From Dehalococcoidia bacterium (GTDB taxonomy: Bacteria > Chloroflexota > Dehalococcoidia > SM23-28-2), in contig JALHUG010000013.1 in assembly GCA_022866185.1 (NCBI GenBank), positions 1-45,527 on the forward strand: a stretch of 45,527 bases of DNA, in the 5' to 3' direction. Both the position numbers and the translations under genes were made by a program. Of the stretch, positions 1 through 9,856 are shown in pieces. Under the pieces are notes generated by a model. The model was not told the origin of the DNA. It made no database searches and saw only the letters and a program-made list of their open reading frames with translations. Position 1 is the first letter of the stretch. Each line of letters opens with the position of its first letter.

Positions 1-2
1 GA

Positions 3-491
3 CCCCTCGACTATCGCCTGGTCCTCCTGATGGCCATCCTGCCCGACGTCATCGATCGCCTCCTGTACGTGTTCGTGATACCTGAGGCCGAATCCGGGAG
101 GCTCTTCGCCCACACTCTTCTCTTCAACCTTGTGCTGCTGGCCATCTTGGTGGCCATCCGCCGCGATCTGTGGATATATGGTGTGCTCCCCCTAGTCCAT
201 CTCGCGCTTGACTTGGAATGCCCGTCCGCTCACCAGCTCTTCTGGCCGTTCTTGGGAGCTGATCTGAGCAACATCCATATCTCGACTTGCCTCGCGCACA
301 CAGCAGGCCAATCGTATGGGGACCGGATGGGAGATCGGCTCGGGGACGTTCTAGGGACCTACAGCGGGGCAGGCTTTCGGTCACTCCTGATGGATGCCGC
401 AGGTCTAGCTGTCCTGGTGATCCTGGCCGTCAGGTCTAGGCTCTATGAGCCGAGGCGCCTTGCACGGCTAATAGCGACCGGGCGCACCTAG
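3..491 (+). CDS. membrane-bound metal-dependent hydrolase-like protein (DUF457/YdjM-like), 5' end probably outside window
   Basis: The frame stays open from the window edge into the first ATG at 30 (PLDYRLVLL-M...), with the stop at 489-491. The multi-TM product has LPDVIDR, FAHTLL, LHLALD and FWPF motifs recalled from DUF457 membrane hydrolases. Assignment is by eye only. Confidence 0.5.
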   Translation, partial: PLDYRLVLLMAILPDVIDRLLYVFVIPEAESGRLFAHTLLFNLVLLAILVAIRRDLWIYGVLPLVHLALDLECPSAHQLFWPFLGADLSNIHISTCLAHTAGQSYGDRMGDRLGDVLGTYSGAGFRSLLMDAAGLAVLVILAVRSRLYEPRRLARLIATGRT

Positions 492-558
492 ACCGAGGTT
501 GGCGGTACACGCTGGTCGTCGGCCCTCTGTTCTGTACGGAATTGGGGAGCCACAGTAC

Positions 559-587
559 TTGACAAGTTGATTATTTAGTGCTACAAG
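559..587 (+). promoter_or_regulatory. candidate sigma70-type promoter (TTGACA-17 nt-TACAAG) for the small ORF at 601
   Basis: TTGACA lies at 559-564 and TACAAG at 582-587, with a 17-nt spacer. The -10 element is weak. The predicted transcript would start only a few nt before ATG 601, and no SD is visible. Confidence 0.25.
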
Positions 588-600
588 CAAAGATACGGCG

Positions 601-840
601 ATGATTTCCAGCATCACGACAACGACGGTTTCGACGATCAGCAGCACGGAGGGGCTTGCCGCTTCGTTGGCGTTTATCGCTCTGCTGGCGCTCACTAGCG
701 TCTTGGTGGCCAAGGAGCTCTCCAGCGCCACTCAGGCACCACGACTGCAGCGGCTTGGGCGCGGCCTCAACGTCGCCATCATTCCTCTTCTGATGGTCTT
801 CACCGCCATCGTGGCGGCCAAGCTGGTGGAGATCCTCTAG
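601..840 (+). CDS. small hypothetical membrane protein (79 aa, two hydrophobic helices)
   Basis: ATG ORF with a Ser/Thr-rich N-terminus and two hydrophobic stretches (LAASLAFIALLALTSVLVA and VAIIPLLMVFTAIVAA). A hairpin terminator follows. No SD and no recognisable family. Confidence 0.4.
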   Translation: MISSITTTTVSTISSTEGLAASLAFIALLALTSVLVAKELSSATQAPRLQRLGRGLNVAIIPLLMVFTAIVAAKLVEIL

Positions 841-872
841 GGCAGGGCAAGACTCTCCCCAGACATGGCTTT

Positions 873-900
873 GGCTCCCTCGCTGAGGGAGCCATTCTTG
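873..900. terminator. hairpin terminator between convergent genes
   Basis: GGCTCCCT (873-880), loop CGCTG, AGGGAGCC (886-893): a perfect 8-bp stem followed by ATTCTTG. It sits between the ORF ending at 840 (+) and the ORF ending at 953 (-). Confidence 0.45.
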
Positions 901-952
901 TGCCAGTTGGGGTAAGGCTGCTAGCCAGCCGACATGAGCCCGGCAGGCCCGA

Positions 953-1963
953 TCAGTTGGCGGCGATAGCCGTGAAGGGCACTATGACATAGAGGACCAC
1001 ATTGGCTATTCCGTGGCACAAGCTCACACCCAACAGCGAGCCGGTTTTGGCTACCACCCAGCCAAAGAACAGCGCCACAAGGAACACGAAAGCCACATCC
1101 GGCGCTGACTTGTAGCCCACGTGGAGCACGGCGAACACGACAGCGACGTACAGGATCGCCGCTTTGCCCAGGGCGTCTGTCGAGGCGGACTGCATTACGC
1201 CTCGGAAAACCAGCTCCTCACCGAACCCCGTGGCGACCAGCAGGATCAGCGTGGGCCACCAAGCCTGCTGCCAGGTCAATTCGTCAACGAGGGCGTCAGG
1301 CTTCAGGATCAAATACTCGGCGATGCCCAACCCCACGCCCAAAGCGCCTACCAGCAACTGCAGCGGGATGGCGCGGACAGTCAGCCCCAGGTCGTATCGG
1401 GTCAACCCAAGGGTGCGGGCAGCGAGGAGGGCGGCTACAATCATCGGTGCGCCCACGATCAGGAACCAGTAGACGAGGTCCAAATTCTCCAGGGGCATGC
1501 CGAGGCTAAGGATGCGAATGAGAGGCGCCAGGCACAGCGCCAGGAGGAGCTTGGCCTCTGAACGTTCTTCAGCCCAGGAGAAGTGGACAAGGAGAGCCCA
1601 GAGAATGGCTACGTGAAGGCCCACGCCCCAGCGGGCGTCCACCAGCGCTGTCACCAGCTCGGCCGCGACGATAGCGGAAATGTATGCCGGCACGACAACG
1701 ACCGAGAAAAGCGACAGCCCTGGCCACGCCGCCGCTTCGAGACGCCAGGTGGCGCTGCTGATGCCCGACCCGCCGGGCTTTCTTCTCGCAACAGACGCCG
1801 GGAAAGCCCCCGCAGCCAAAAGCGTCAGGCGGTGCAAGCCGCCTCCGGCCCCGCTGTGCGGCCTCGCAGGCGACGGCCTCTGGTCTTCATCCGGCAGCGA
1901 CCAGCGCCACTTGTACTGGCCGGAGCCGCGTATCCCTACCAGGCGAGCCATGGGTGACCTCAC
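953..1963 (-). CDS. CPBP family intramembrane glutamic endopeptidase (CAAX protease/Abi-type)
   Basis: GFGEELVFRG, FAVLHVGY and SLCHGIANV motifs on a polytopic membrane protein. The GTG start at 1963 overlaps the upstream stop by 4 nt (GTGA). The first ~90 codons are Arg/Pro-rich, so the true start may lie further downstream. Confidence 0.8.
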   Translation of the reverse strand: MRSPMARLVGIRGSGQYKWRWSLPDEDQRPSPARPHSGAGGGLHRLTLLAAGAFPASVARRKPGGSGISSATWRLEAAAWPGLSLFSVVVVPAYISAIVAAELVTALVDARWGVGLHVAILWALLVHFSWAEERSEAKLLLALCLAPLIRILSLGMPLENLDLVYWFLIVGAPMIVAALLAARTLGLTRYDLGLTVRAIPLQLLVGALGVGLGIAEYLILKPDALVDELTWQQAWWPTLILLVATGFGEELVFRGVMQSASTDALGKAAILYVAVVFAVLHVGYKSAPDVAFVFLVALFFGWVVAKTGSLLGVSLCHGIANVVLYVIVPFTAIAAN

Positions 1964-3036
1964 TGGCGAGGATATGTGCCTAGAAGATCGGTGACGCTGA
2001 GGAGGCCCGGAGGCGCTGTCGCAAGGGCGGGCAATGCGTGAACCATGAGGGCAGCGCTGGCCAGGTGGCTGGGGATGCCACCCTCGATGCGAGCGCTGAT
2101 CGGGGGCCGTCCGCGAATCCCGATGGCGTCGTGGGGGTCAGGCGCTCCCAGGAAGGCGATCAGGTCCACGCTCAGGGTCTCGGTGTTGTTCCTATGGCCA
2201 CAGGCGACTTGTCGCAGACCCGCTACCCTGCCCCTCGCCACAATCATAGCCTCGGTTTCCCAGGGTCTCGTGGCCTGGATCGGCTCGATCGTTTCCTCCA
2301 ACTTATCGAGGCGCCAGCCAAGGCTTGCGGCCATCAGGGCCACGGAGTCCAGAAGCGCGGGCAAGCCCACTGCCCCCTCGTCGGCGGCCTGGCGAAAAGC
2401 ATCCAGGGTCATGCCGACGCCGGCGGTAGCCCACACGGCCGAAGGCTCATTGGCCAAGTCGATCACTCTGGTCACCGATAGGGCCTCCACCTCAGCGCAG
2501 GCAGAGGCAAAGAACAGCGGCAGCGAATCGGCGACGAAGCCGGTGCTGGCCCCAACAGCAAGCAGGGCTACACCAGCCTCTTTGGCCGCTGCGTCCAGCC
2601 TTGACGCCATCTCGGGGTGGCTCGTCCAAGGGTAGACCAGCTCATCGCAAGCTGAGATGACGCTCTTGCCGCTGGCCAGGAGGGGGAGTAGCTGGGGCGA
2701 GGTCACGCTTAGATGGGGGCTGGTGGCGTGAATCACCACGTCAGCGTTTACGCCGCTGACCAGGAGCTCCGGATCGCAGGAGACGGTGACCCCGAGGCCA
2801 TAGCCGAGGCCAGCAACCTCGCCAATGTCCCTGCCGACCTTCAGCGGGTCCGCGTCCAGAGCAGCCACAATCTGAACGTCTGGCCGACGCACCAGCAGGG
2901 CCACCACTTGCCTGCCGACCTCGCCAAGGCCGTAGTGGGCAGTGCGAAGTCGCCGCCTCTCCGTGCTGCGCGCCTCTTGCTTGCCGCTGACGGCCGCTGC
3001 TTCCGGCTCGCCATGCCGACGCGCCAACCTGACCAT
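1960..3036 (-). CDS. DapB-N-domain / NAD(P)H-dependent amine dehydrogenase-like oxidoreductase
   Basis: I trimmed the ORF-track start (3120) to ATG 3036, which has GGGAGG 5 nt upstream. It has a Rossmann-type GLGEVGRQVV loop followed by IVAALDADPLKVGRDIGEV. This pattern is recalled from dihydrodipicolinate-reductase-like and 2,4-diaminopentanoate-dehydrogenase-like proteins. Confidence 0.6.
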   Translation of the reverse strand: MVRLARRHGEPEAAAVSGKQEARSTERRRLRTAHYGLGEVGRQVVALLVRRPDVQIVAALDADPLKVGRDIGEVAGLGYGLGVTVSCDPELLVSGVNADVVIHATSPHLSVTSPQLLPLLASGKSVISACDELVYPWTSHPEMASRLDAAAKEAGVALLAVGASTGFVADSLPLFFASACAEVEALSVTRVIDLANEPSAVWATAGVGMTLDAFRQAADEGAVGLPALLDSVALMAASLGWRLDKLEETIEPIQATRPWETEAMIVARGRVAGLRQVACGHRNNTETLSVDLIAFLGAPDPHDAIGIRGRPPISARIEGGIPSHLASAALMVHALPALATAPPGLLSVTDLLGTYPRQ

Positions 3037-3132
3037 TCTTACCTCCCAGCCCTCGAGCCCACCAGCTCGCATCAACGGCAGCCATCCCGTCCGCCAGCGC
3101 CCTGCAGTGCTGGTAGCCACGAGGGTGCTGTT

Positions 3133-4581
3133 ATGTTAACATACCTGCCGCAGATCACAAAACCGAAGAAGGATTTGCCATTGGAAGCCGCGGCAGAGAT
3201 CGGGATAGAAATCGTTGGCCCCACGCAGCGGCTGCGAGGCCTTGCGCGGAGGCTTTTCGGGATACGGCTCTACGCCAATGCTTTCTATCTATGGGCCAAT
3301 TCTGCCATCATCTCCGCTTCCGGGCTCATCTTCTGGATAGTCGTGGCGAGGCTCTACGACGCCGAGGACGTGGGGCTGGCCGCCGCTGCCGTCTCCGCTC
3401 TGATGCTGCTGGGCGTGGTGTCCAATCTCGGGCTTGGCCTTGGCCTGATCCGCTTTCTGCCTGAGGCAGACGACGGAGCCGTCCCTCTTCTCAATGGCTC
3501 CTTCACGCTAGGAGCTTTGGCGGCTACGGCAACCGCCACCGCATTCCTCGTGGGGCTGCCACTATGGTCGCCATCCCTTGCTTTCCTCCGGGAGCAACCG
3601 CTCCAGTTCGCTCTGTATGCGCTGTTCGCCATCTTTGTCACCGTATGGTCCATTCAGATGCAGGCCTTCGTGGCTCTGCGCAGAGCCGAGTTCGTTCTCC
3701 TGGCATCCACAGCAGGAAGCGTCTTGAAGCTTGGCCTGCCGCTGGCGCTGGCCGCATTCCTGGCTCCTTTCACCATCGTAGGCGCTTGGGCAAGCGCTGC
3801 CGTACTGGGCGTGGCAGTAAGCTCTTTCTGGCTGCTGCGCCACGCCCACGCCGCCTACCGGCCAGCGATCAACCTCAAGCGATGGCCCGCCTTGAACATG
3901 CTGTCGTATTCTTTCGGGAACCACATCTCGATGCTTCTTCTGTCGGCTCCTGACTTCGTTTTGCCTCTCATCGTTGTCAGTCGACTGGGAGGAGAAAAGG
4001 GCGCCTACTTCTACGTGGCATGGGCGGTAAGCATGGTAATAGTCACTGTGCCCGTGTCGTTGTCTCTATCCCTCTTTTCGGAGGGATCCCACTACCGACA
4101 GCGCCTGCATGGGGATCTTTGGAGAGCGCTTGGGCCGGCCCTTGTCGTCTCTGTGCTCGCCGCAGGCGTCCTGTTCTTCGCTGCCGATAAGCTGCTCTTG
4201 CCTTTCGGAGGCGACTACATCAGAGAGGGGAGAGATGTCCTGAGACTGCTGGCTCTAGCGGCCTTGCCTGCCTGCGTTACCAGCGTTTACGTGGGCGTGG
4301 AGCGGGTAAGAAAGGCCGTCCGAAGGCTTATCCTGATCTCACTGCTGATCGCAGGGATAACTCTTGGGGGCGGCTACGCCTTGTTGCCGTCGATGGGCGT
4401 CAAAGGGGTCGCCATCGCCTGGCTTGCGGCCCAATGCATGGCGGCAGCCATAGCGACCGGGCAGTACTTCTTCGAGCGCAGCCGCCTGACCAGAACACGC
4501 TCGCCAGGAGGGCGCCGTGGGCCAGGTTGCACAGCGAGTCCTGCTCTGACGCCTGCGGAACCGGCAAGTCGGCAGGGATGA
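3133..4581 (+). CDS. Wzx/MOP-superfamily polysaccharide (oligosaccharide) flippase
   Basis: I trimmed ORF frame 2713..4581 to ATG 3133 (GAGGG at 3121-3125). The upstream part overlaps the opposite-strand gene. It has about 12-14 hydrophobic helices with the typical Wzx look and an Arg/Pro-rich tail. Confidence 0.75.
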   Translation: MLTYLPQITKPKKDLPLEAAAEIGIEIVGPTQRLRGLARRLFGIRLYANAFYLWANSAIISASGLIFWIVVARLYDAEDVGLAAAAVSALMLLGVVSNLGLGLGLIRFLPEADDGAVPLLNGSFTLGALAATATATAFLVGLPLWSPSLAFLREQPLQFALYALFAIFVTVWSIQMQAFVALRRAEFVLLASTAGSVLKLGLPLALAAFLAPFTIVGAWASAAVLGVAVSSFWLLRHAHAAYRPAINLKRWPALNMLSYSFGNHISMLLLSAPDFVLPLIVVSRLGGEKGAYFYVAWAVSMVIVTVPVSLSLSLFSEGSHYRQRLHGDLWRALGPALVVSVLAAGVLFFAADKLLLPFGGDYIREGRDVLRLLALAALPACVTSVYVGVERVRKAVRRLILISLLIAGITLGGGYALLPSMGVKGVAIAWLAAQCMAAAIATGQYFFERSRLTRTRSPGGRRGPGCTASPALTPAEPASRQG

Positions 4582-4589
4582 GCAGTGGC

Positions 4590-5414
4590 TTACTCACCTA
4601 CCTTCTGCGCAACCAAGAAGATAGACAGCCCGAACATGCGCAAGGGCGACCTCTCGAGCCTACTGGCCACTTGACGCAGGGCGAGCCTCAGCACTCGCAT
4701 CCTAAGGGGGCCGATCTCCTTGTCCAGAGGAGGCCACATGTAATCGATAACTCGCGCCTTGTATCCTTCTTCCCGGAGGAGCGTGAGCAATCCAGCCGAA
4801 CTGTAGATCCTCGCCCTCTGAATTCTCCGGCGTACAAACTCTGGAGCCCACGACACAAAAGGGATGAAGCCGAAATCGAGTTCTCGTCGCCCCAAGCGCA
4901 TGCCGTGGGTTTCAAACAACCACAGCTTATTAGGAACGAACAGTACCAGCCGCCCATGCGGACGGAGGACCCGCCAGCACTCCCTGAGCGCGTCCCTGTC
5001 TCGCTCAACGTGTTCGAGCACCTCAATCATGGTGACAAGGTCGAAGCTACTTCCTCTAAACGGGAGTCTAGACCCAGACGCGACCAAGAACTGTACATTG
5101 TCAGCTTCATGGCGAACCCCGAAGCTCTGGGCCTGCTGCACCCTGTCCTGTTCAACATCTATGCCAACCCCTTGGGCCCCAACCTGAGTCATCTTGATGG
5201 TGTAAAGGCCGTTGCCGCAGCCGATGTCTAAGAGGCGAGAGCCCTGCAGGCGCACGCCGCGCGCTATCATCTCGATGCGCTTCGATATAGCGTGGTCCTT
5301 CAGTGACCGCGCTGTGGAGTCACCACGCGCTAGACTCTTGCTCACCTGAAACCCCCCACTCAACGAACGTCCCCCCGAATGGCCGCCGCCAGGACCTGGT
5401 CGCTGAATACACAC
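4590..5414 (-). CDS. class I SAM-dependent methyltransferase (Methyltransf_11-like)
   Basis: LLDIGCGNGLYT (motif I), FDLVTMIEVLEHV and GRLVLFVPN. The GTG start at 5414 is uncertain. Confidence 0.8.
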   Translation of the reverse strand: MCIQRPGPGGGHSGGRSLSGGFQVSKSLARGDSTARSLKDHAISKRIEMIARGVRLQGSRLLDIGCGNGLYTIKMTQVGAQGVGIDVEQDRVQQAQSFGVRHEADNVQFLVASGSRLPFRGSSFDLVTMIEVLEHVERDRDALRECWRVLRPHGRLVLFVPNKLWLFETHGMRLGRRELDFGFIPFVSWAPEFVRRRIQRARIYSSAGLLTLLREEGYKARVIDYMWPPLDKEIGPLRMRVLRLALRQVASRLERSPLRMFGLSIFLVAQKVGE

Positions 5415-5455
5415 AGGGCTCTATGCCATTCAGATTACGCTGGGCAGTGTCCTGC

Positions 5456-7312
5456 TTAGCGGCGCCATATCTGAAAGCTTCCATCGTCATAGATGCGGCT
5501 CGACGTTTCTGACACGCTCTCTTGGAACTTCTCTGGCTCAAACGACGAGTCGAACTTCGACGGGTCAACCTCCTCTATGTATGAATCGGGGTCCAACCCT
5601 CTGAAGGCGACTACCAGAGATCCGGGGGAAAGGTCTACCCCCTGCGTTCCCACGACCTCGATCTTGTCCCACTGATCCATGGGAAGAATCAGACCCATGG
5701 CATACCGTTCGTCAGTCAGGAACATATCGACTTTTTCATACGTTACCCTGCCGTCGAGATAACTCTCGAGTCTCCTCCATTCGGTCGGGTGCTCGCCGCC
5801 TTGCACCCAGCTCACTGAGGGGTTGTACAGGTGCTGAGGTATGTATCGGTTCCCCCACAGCCCGATCATGGAGGAGAACACGAAAAGGGCTGCCACCCCC
5901 ACTAGGATGGCGGCCGGAACATACCTCATTGGGGCCAAGCGACTTGCTAGCTGCGTATAGAAGAACCCCGCGCAAAAAGCCACGAATGGCATGAAGATCC
6001 CTATGGCCCTATAGGGCGGCCCTGTGTACTTGAAGACGGCGTCTGCCAAAACGGGTATTGCCAAGACCAGGACAGCAGAAATGATGAAGAGCCTTGTCGG
6101 GGTGTATCTTCGCCGCACGACGATGAGGGCGAAGCCCAGGACCGCTCCGCCAAACATGAGAACATCTCGTAGAACCAGGATGGCTACAGCCCACCAGGGC
6201 GTAGGGTAGGTGTACCCGGTTTCCCAAATGGCGGGCTCGGCGGCCCCCGAACGAAGGATCTTGCTGAGCTTCTCGATACTATCGCTCACATAGGGCCAGA
6301 TAACGGTGGCAGCTTCATTCCACCAGAGGAACAAGAAGACCACGGCTATCACTCCGAGCATGAAGAAGGGAGCGAACTGATATGCCCCTGCCAAGAAGCC
6401 ACGCCGCCCAAGCGCTTCTGAGTATCTGGAGGCAAGGGTCAATATCAAAGCTAGAATGAATAGGAACAGAACCGCTAGAAACGAGGTGTAGTGATGGGTG
6501 ATGACTAGAGCCGCCGTGACGATGATGAGCAGAAGACTGAGGACCGGCGACGGTCTGTGAAGATGTCTGTGAGCTAGGTAGAAGAACCCCAACAGTAGGA
6601 CCACCGCCATGTATTGGTACTTGTAAAGCGGCGGGACGCCCTCGTTCAGAAATGGGGATGTCACCAAGATGAGCAGAGAGAAGGGCAGGAGGACGCTTGC
6701 AGACGAGAAGTCGGAGGCGAGCTCTCTGAGCAATAGGTATGCCAACAGCAGGAAGGCTACAAATAGTGCCCAGGGGAGAAACATGGCCACCTCTAGAGGC
6801 GCCACGTTGCCCACCTCCGCGAGTGCCGCGCCTACGAAATGGATTCCTGGCCATCCGTTGTACAGCGAGGTTACCGCGCGCTCACCCGCATACTCTGGCG
6901 ACAGGGATACCTTGCCGTCCTGGAGAGAAGTTGACAGCACCCAATACTGACCATAGGGGTCGCCCCACGGCAGCACGGCGTAATGAGTGGCCAGGTAATA
7001 AGCGTGCATTATGAGAAGAGAAACGAAAAACACCTGAATAATCACAAGGCTTCGGTGCTGTCTGTAGATTAGCAGCGAGAGACCAACGATGATCGCAAGT
7101 GCAGCCGAGCTTGCCAGGTAGACCCACAGCGGGAAGGCCTTTGTCCAGAGCTGATATGCCAGCAGGATGGCGAGGGACATCTGCAGCCACAATATGCAAC
7201 ATGCGGCTGCGCGGCTGCTAAGATTCAGGTTCTTTAGCACCTCTGACGGACTTCTTGGCGTCCCTAACGATGAAGTCCTCGCGCCTCGCGAACCTGCCAG
7301 CATCAACCCCAT
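5456..7312 (-). CDS. polytopic membrane protein with C-terminal soluble domain (candidate glycan polymerase / GT-C-like transferase; function unassigned)
   Basis: 618-aa ORF with at least 12 hydrophobic segments and then a ~130-aa acidic soluble tail. It overlaps the upstream GT4 stop by 10 nt and sits in a glycan operon. No diagnostic motif was recognised. Confidence 0.55.
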   Translation of the reverse strand: MGLMLAGSRGARTSSLGTPRSPSEVLKNLNLSSRAAACCILWLQMSLAILLAYQLWTKAFPLWVYLASSAALAIIVGLSLLIYRQHRSLVIIQVFFVSLLIMHAYYLATHYAVLPWGDPYGQYWVLSTSLQDGKVSLSPEYAGERAVTSLYNGWPGIHFVGAALAEVGNVAPLEVAMFLPWALFVAFLLLAYLLLRELASDFSSASVLLPFSLLILVTSPFLNEGVPPLYKYQYMAVVLLLGFFYLAHRHLHRPSPVLSLLLIIVTAALVITHHYTSFLAVLFLFILALILTLASRYSEALGRRGFLAGAYQFAPFFMLGVIAVVFLFLWWNEAATVIWPYVSDSIEKLSKILRSGAAEPAIWETGYTYPTPWWAVAILVLRDVLMFGGAVLGFALIVVRRRYTPTRLFIISAVLVLAIPVLADAVFKYTGPPYRAIGIFMPFVAFCAGFFYTQLASRLAPMRYVPAAILVGVAALFVFSSMIGLWGNRYIPQHLYNPSVSWVQGGEHPTEWRRLESYLDGRVTYEKVDMFLTDERYAMGLILPMDQWDKIEVVGTQGVDLSPGSLVVAFRGLDPDSYIEEVDPSKFDSSFEPEKFQESVSETSSRIYDDGSFQIWRR

Positions 7313-8502
7313 TTGGGATCACAACTGCGCCATCCGGCGGGTAGCCCAGAGCCCTCACTGACGTCCTGTCGATCTCGGCAGACACCTAGCACATCCATGT
7401 AGACGTCCAAGACTCGGGCGGTGATCTCTGTCCAGGAAAGGTGCGACAGGTCCCGAGTGCAACGGCCCAGGCTACACATTTCACCTATTGCCTGGGCGAC
7501 CTCTCGCTCGGTTGCATCTGCAGACACCAGTCGGATGCCACCGAACGTCCCGCCGTATGGACGAAATACCGGTATGTCCGACAGGACCAACGGAGCCCCG
7601 GCTGCTATGGCTTCGATTACTGCCATGCCAAAAGACTCGAACCTCGACAAGTTAACCACAACATCGGCTGACCTGTAGAATTGATACAGTTGTCGGTCCT
7701 TCACATTGGCAAATCGATGAATGCGTTTCTCAACGCCAGTTTGCACGGCGAGCCTCATCAAGGGCTCGCGATGCGGTCCATCGCCTACAAGGTACAAGGC
7801 ATGGTTCGGGAGATGCGCCAACGCACGCACAATTAGGTCAACATTCTTGTAGGACTCGAGTCGACCCACGCAGAGTACTGAAGGGTGTTGCAGGGGGATG
7901 AGGGCTGCAGTCTTCAAACCCTCAAGGTCAACTCCATTGGGAATGACGGCGGTTCGCGATTCAATGCCCGGGAAATCTTCTCTTAGCAGCTGAGCCTCCG
8001 CTTCCGACACGCATATGATACGAGATGCCCCTGGCAGCGCCATTCTGGAAAGCGTCTTGTAGCCCCCCAAAAGTACGTTTCGAAACGGGCTAGCACTTGA
8101 GCCATGGTAGTGCGGTGTAAGAACCTTGGGGACTTCCCTCGCCATCCATAGACAGAGCATGGCGGGCAATGCATGGTAATTGTGAGCGTGGATAACATCG
8201 TAGTCTCTCGCACAGCGCGCAAGGTACCGGAGGAGCCCGACTGAAAGGAAGTAGGAACTATTGGGTGCCCATGCCGGGAACCGACGCACCACCATCCCAT
8301 CTATTGCGTCCACCCTTGGAAGCCGCCCTGAGGGATCCGTGGTATACACGTCAACCCGAACCCCCCTCGCAGCAAGCCCAAGGCCAATCTGCTGCACGTG
8401 TCTTTCGACGCCTCCTACGTAGGGGTAGAAGCGAGGGGTGATCTGGGCAACGCGCAGCGAACGCTTTGGCAGTGGCACCGTGGTTCCCTGGCTTCCCTGC
8501 AT
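7303..8502 (-). CDS. glycosyltransferase family 4 (GT-B, Glycos_transf_1)
   Basis: Start set at ATG 8502 (AGGAGA SD), which gives MQGS...RVAQITPRFYPYVGGVERHV. The C-terminal RFESFGMAVIEAIAAGAPLV is an EX7E-type motif. Confidence 0.85.
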   Translation of the reverse strand: MQGSQGTTVPLPKRSLRVAQITPRFYPYVGGVERHVQQIGLGLAARGVRVDVYTTDPSGRLPRVDAIDGMVVRRFPAWAPNSSYFLSVGLLRYLARCARDYDVIHAHNYHALPAMLCLWMAREVPKVLTPHYHGSSASPFRNVLLGGYKTLSRMALPGASRIICVSEAEAQLLREDFPGIESRTAVIPNGVDLEGLKTAALIPLQHPSVLCVGRLESYKNVDLIVRALAHLPNHALYLVGDGPHREPLMRLAVQTGVEKRIHRFANVKDRQLYQFYRSADVVVNLSRFESFGMAVIEAIAAGAPLVLSDIPVFRPYGGTFGGIRLVSADATEREVAQAIGEMCSLGRCTRDLSHLSWTEITARVLDVYMDVLGVCRDRQDVSEGSGLPAGWRSCDPKWG

Positions 8503-8571
8503 TTCTCCTCTTGCTGCAATGACCAGCGAATACAAGCCACGCTAGCCGCTATCACGTAAAGGCGCTGAGCG

Positions 8572-9837
8572 TCAGGGGCCAACGCGACTGGTACACTCAT
8601 CGAGAACCCGCTTCAGTACCTCGTTGCGCCTTTCGATAGAGAACTTGCCATGGTCTACCTCCCATCGAGCAGCTGCGCCCATGTTCCGTCTCAGTTCCGG
8701 GTTCTCTATCAGAATGCTAACCTTATCCACGAACCGCTGCGCTAGCCCGTGGTCGACGGTGCGGATGGCCCGCTGAAACGATGGGTGCAGCGGGTCGCTA
8801 GGTATGGAGCCGTTGACACACCAGGGGACTCGCCCCGATTTCTCTACCAGCAGACCTGTCCTGCCGTCTTCAACCACCTCAGGCTGGTGGTACACGTTGG
8901 TAGTCACGACGGGCAGCTCGTAGCTCATCGCTTCCATAATCGAAGACTCGACGCCGGTGTAGGTGGGCATCACGAAAATGTCCGCTGACATGAACTCCTG
9001 CTCCAGTTCGCCCCAAGGTACCACTTTGTCCATGATGCGCAGGCCTCGTACACCTTGATGCCGTCTTTTCAAGGCGCCCGGCAGATCGGACCGCAATGTT
9101 AGCTCGAGGTTGTCGTACTTATGAGTCAGTAGATCAAAGGCTTCCAGAACCTCCTTGCCGCCCTTGGCGTCGAACTGACCGAGGATGTTAGCGGAGTTGA
9201 CGAATAGCAGCTTAACTTTGCCCTCATCGTGGCGCTTGGCGAAGTCGCGGCTCCGCTTTGCCAGCGGAATCATTTCTACCTTGTGCTCGAATCTGCTGCC
9301 ATCCACATTCGCCAGTAGTGATTCTTTGGCGAACTTGCTCCAGCACAGGATTTTCTTGCACCAGGGTGAGCCCAGCGCTCTCTCGATGATCCTCCTGTAC
9401 CTGTCGAAGTGCTGGTAGTCTCCGGCCACGAAGTTAGTGAAACAGCCCACATCTACTACCCAGGGCTCTTTTCTGAGAACCAGGTGCTCGCAGGCAAACG
9501 TCAGGTCCACTTGTGGCGGCGTGGCCCTCAAGGAGTCCAGGTAGGACTTGATAAGGGTTAGCGGCAGCACCCGGCTGAGCTGCCGCTGGAGCGAGTACGA
9601 AGCGGTAGCCTTGCTGAGACCCCCCATAAGTCCAGCGGTGATCGGCTGCGAGATCAGGAACTCGTAGCCCTGGGGAGGGAAGTCAATATACTCCCTGTAC
9701 AGGGAATGGAGTTTCCAAATCGGCTCTATGTACACTCGTTTCGTCAAGTTGCTCGTCCTTCGGCCCTCTGTCGTCTCCTTGTCGTACCCAGAGAACTCAC
9801 GCCCCCCTACTGACAACTGAGACCGACGGAGCTTCAA
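8572..9837 (-). CDS. glycosyltransferase, GT1/GT4-like C-terminal domain
   Basis: PTYTGVESSIMEAMSYELPVVTTNV...VEDGRTGLLV is a GT-B donor-binding pattern. The TTG start at 9837 is uncertain. Confidence 0.7.
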   Translation of the reverse strand: MKLRRSQLSVGGREFSGYDKETTEGRRTSNLTKRVYIEPIWKLHSLYREYIDFPPQGYEFLISQPITAGLMGGLSKATASYSLQRQLSRVLPLTLIKSYLDSLRATPPQVDLTFACEHLVLRKEPWVVDVGCFTNFVAGDYQHFDRYRRIIERALGSPWCKKILCWSKFAKESLLANVDGSRFEHKVEMIPLAKRSRDFAKRHDEGKVKLLFVNSANILGQFDAKGGKEVLEAFDLLTHKYDNLELTLRSDLPGALKRRHQGVRGLRIMDKVVPWGELEQEFMSADIFVMPTYTGVESSIMEAMSYELPVVTTNVYHQPEVVEDGRTGLLVEKSGRVPWCVNGSIPSDPLHPSFQRAIRTVDHGLAQRFVDKVSILIENPELRRNMGAAARWEVDHGKFSIERRNEVLKRVLDECTSRVGP

Positions 9838-9856
9838 AATCCCTCGTGGGTCGCGC

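Noticed and set aside
2713-3132. 5' extension of the flippase ORF (2713..4581)
   Set aside because: It overlaps the well-supported minus-strand oxidoreductase gene and is not hydrophobic. ATG 3133 with an SD gives a typical Wzx N-terminus.
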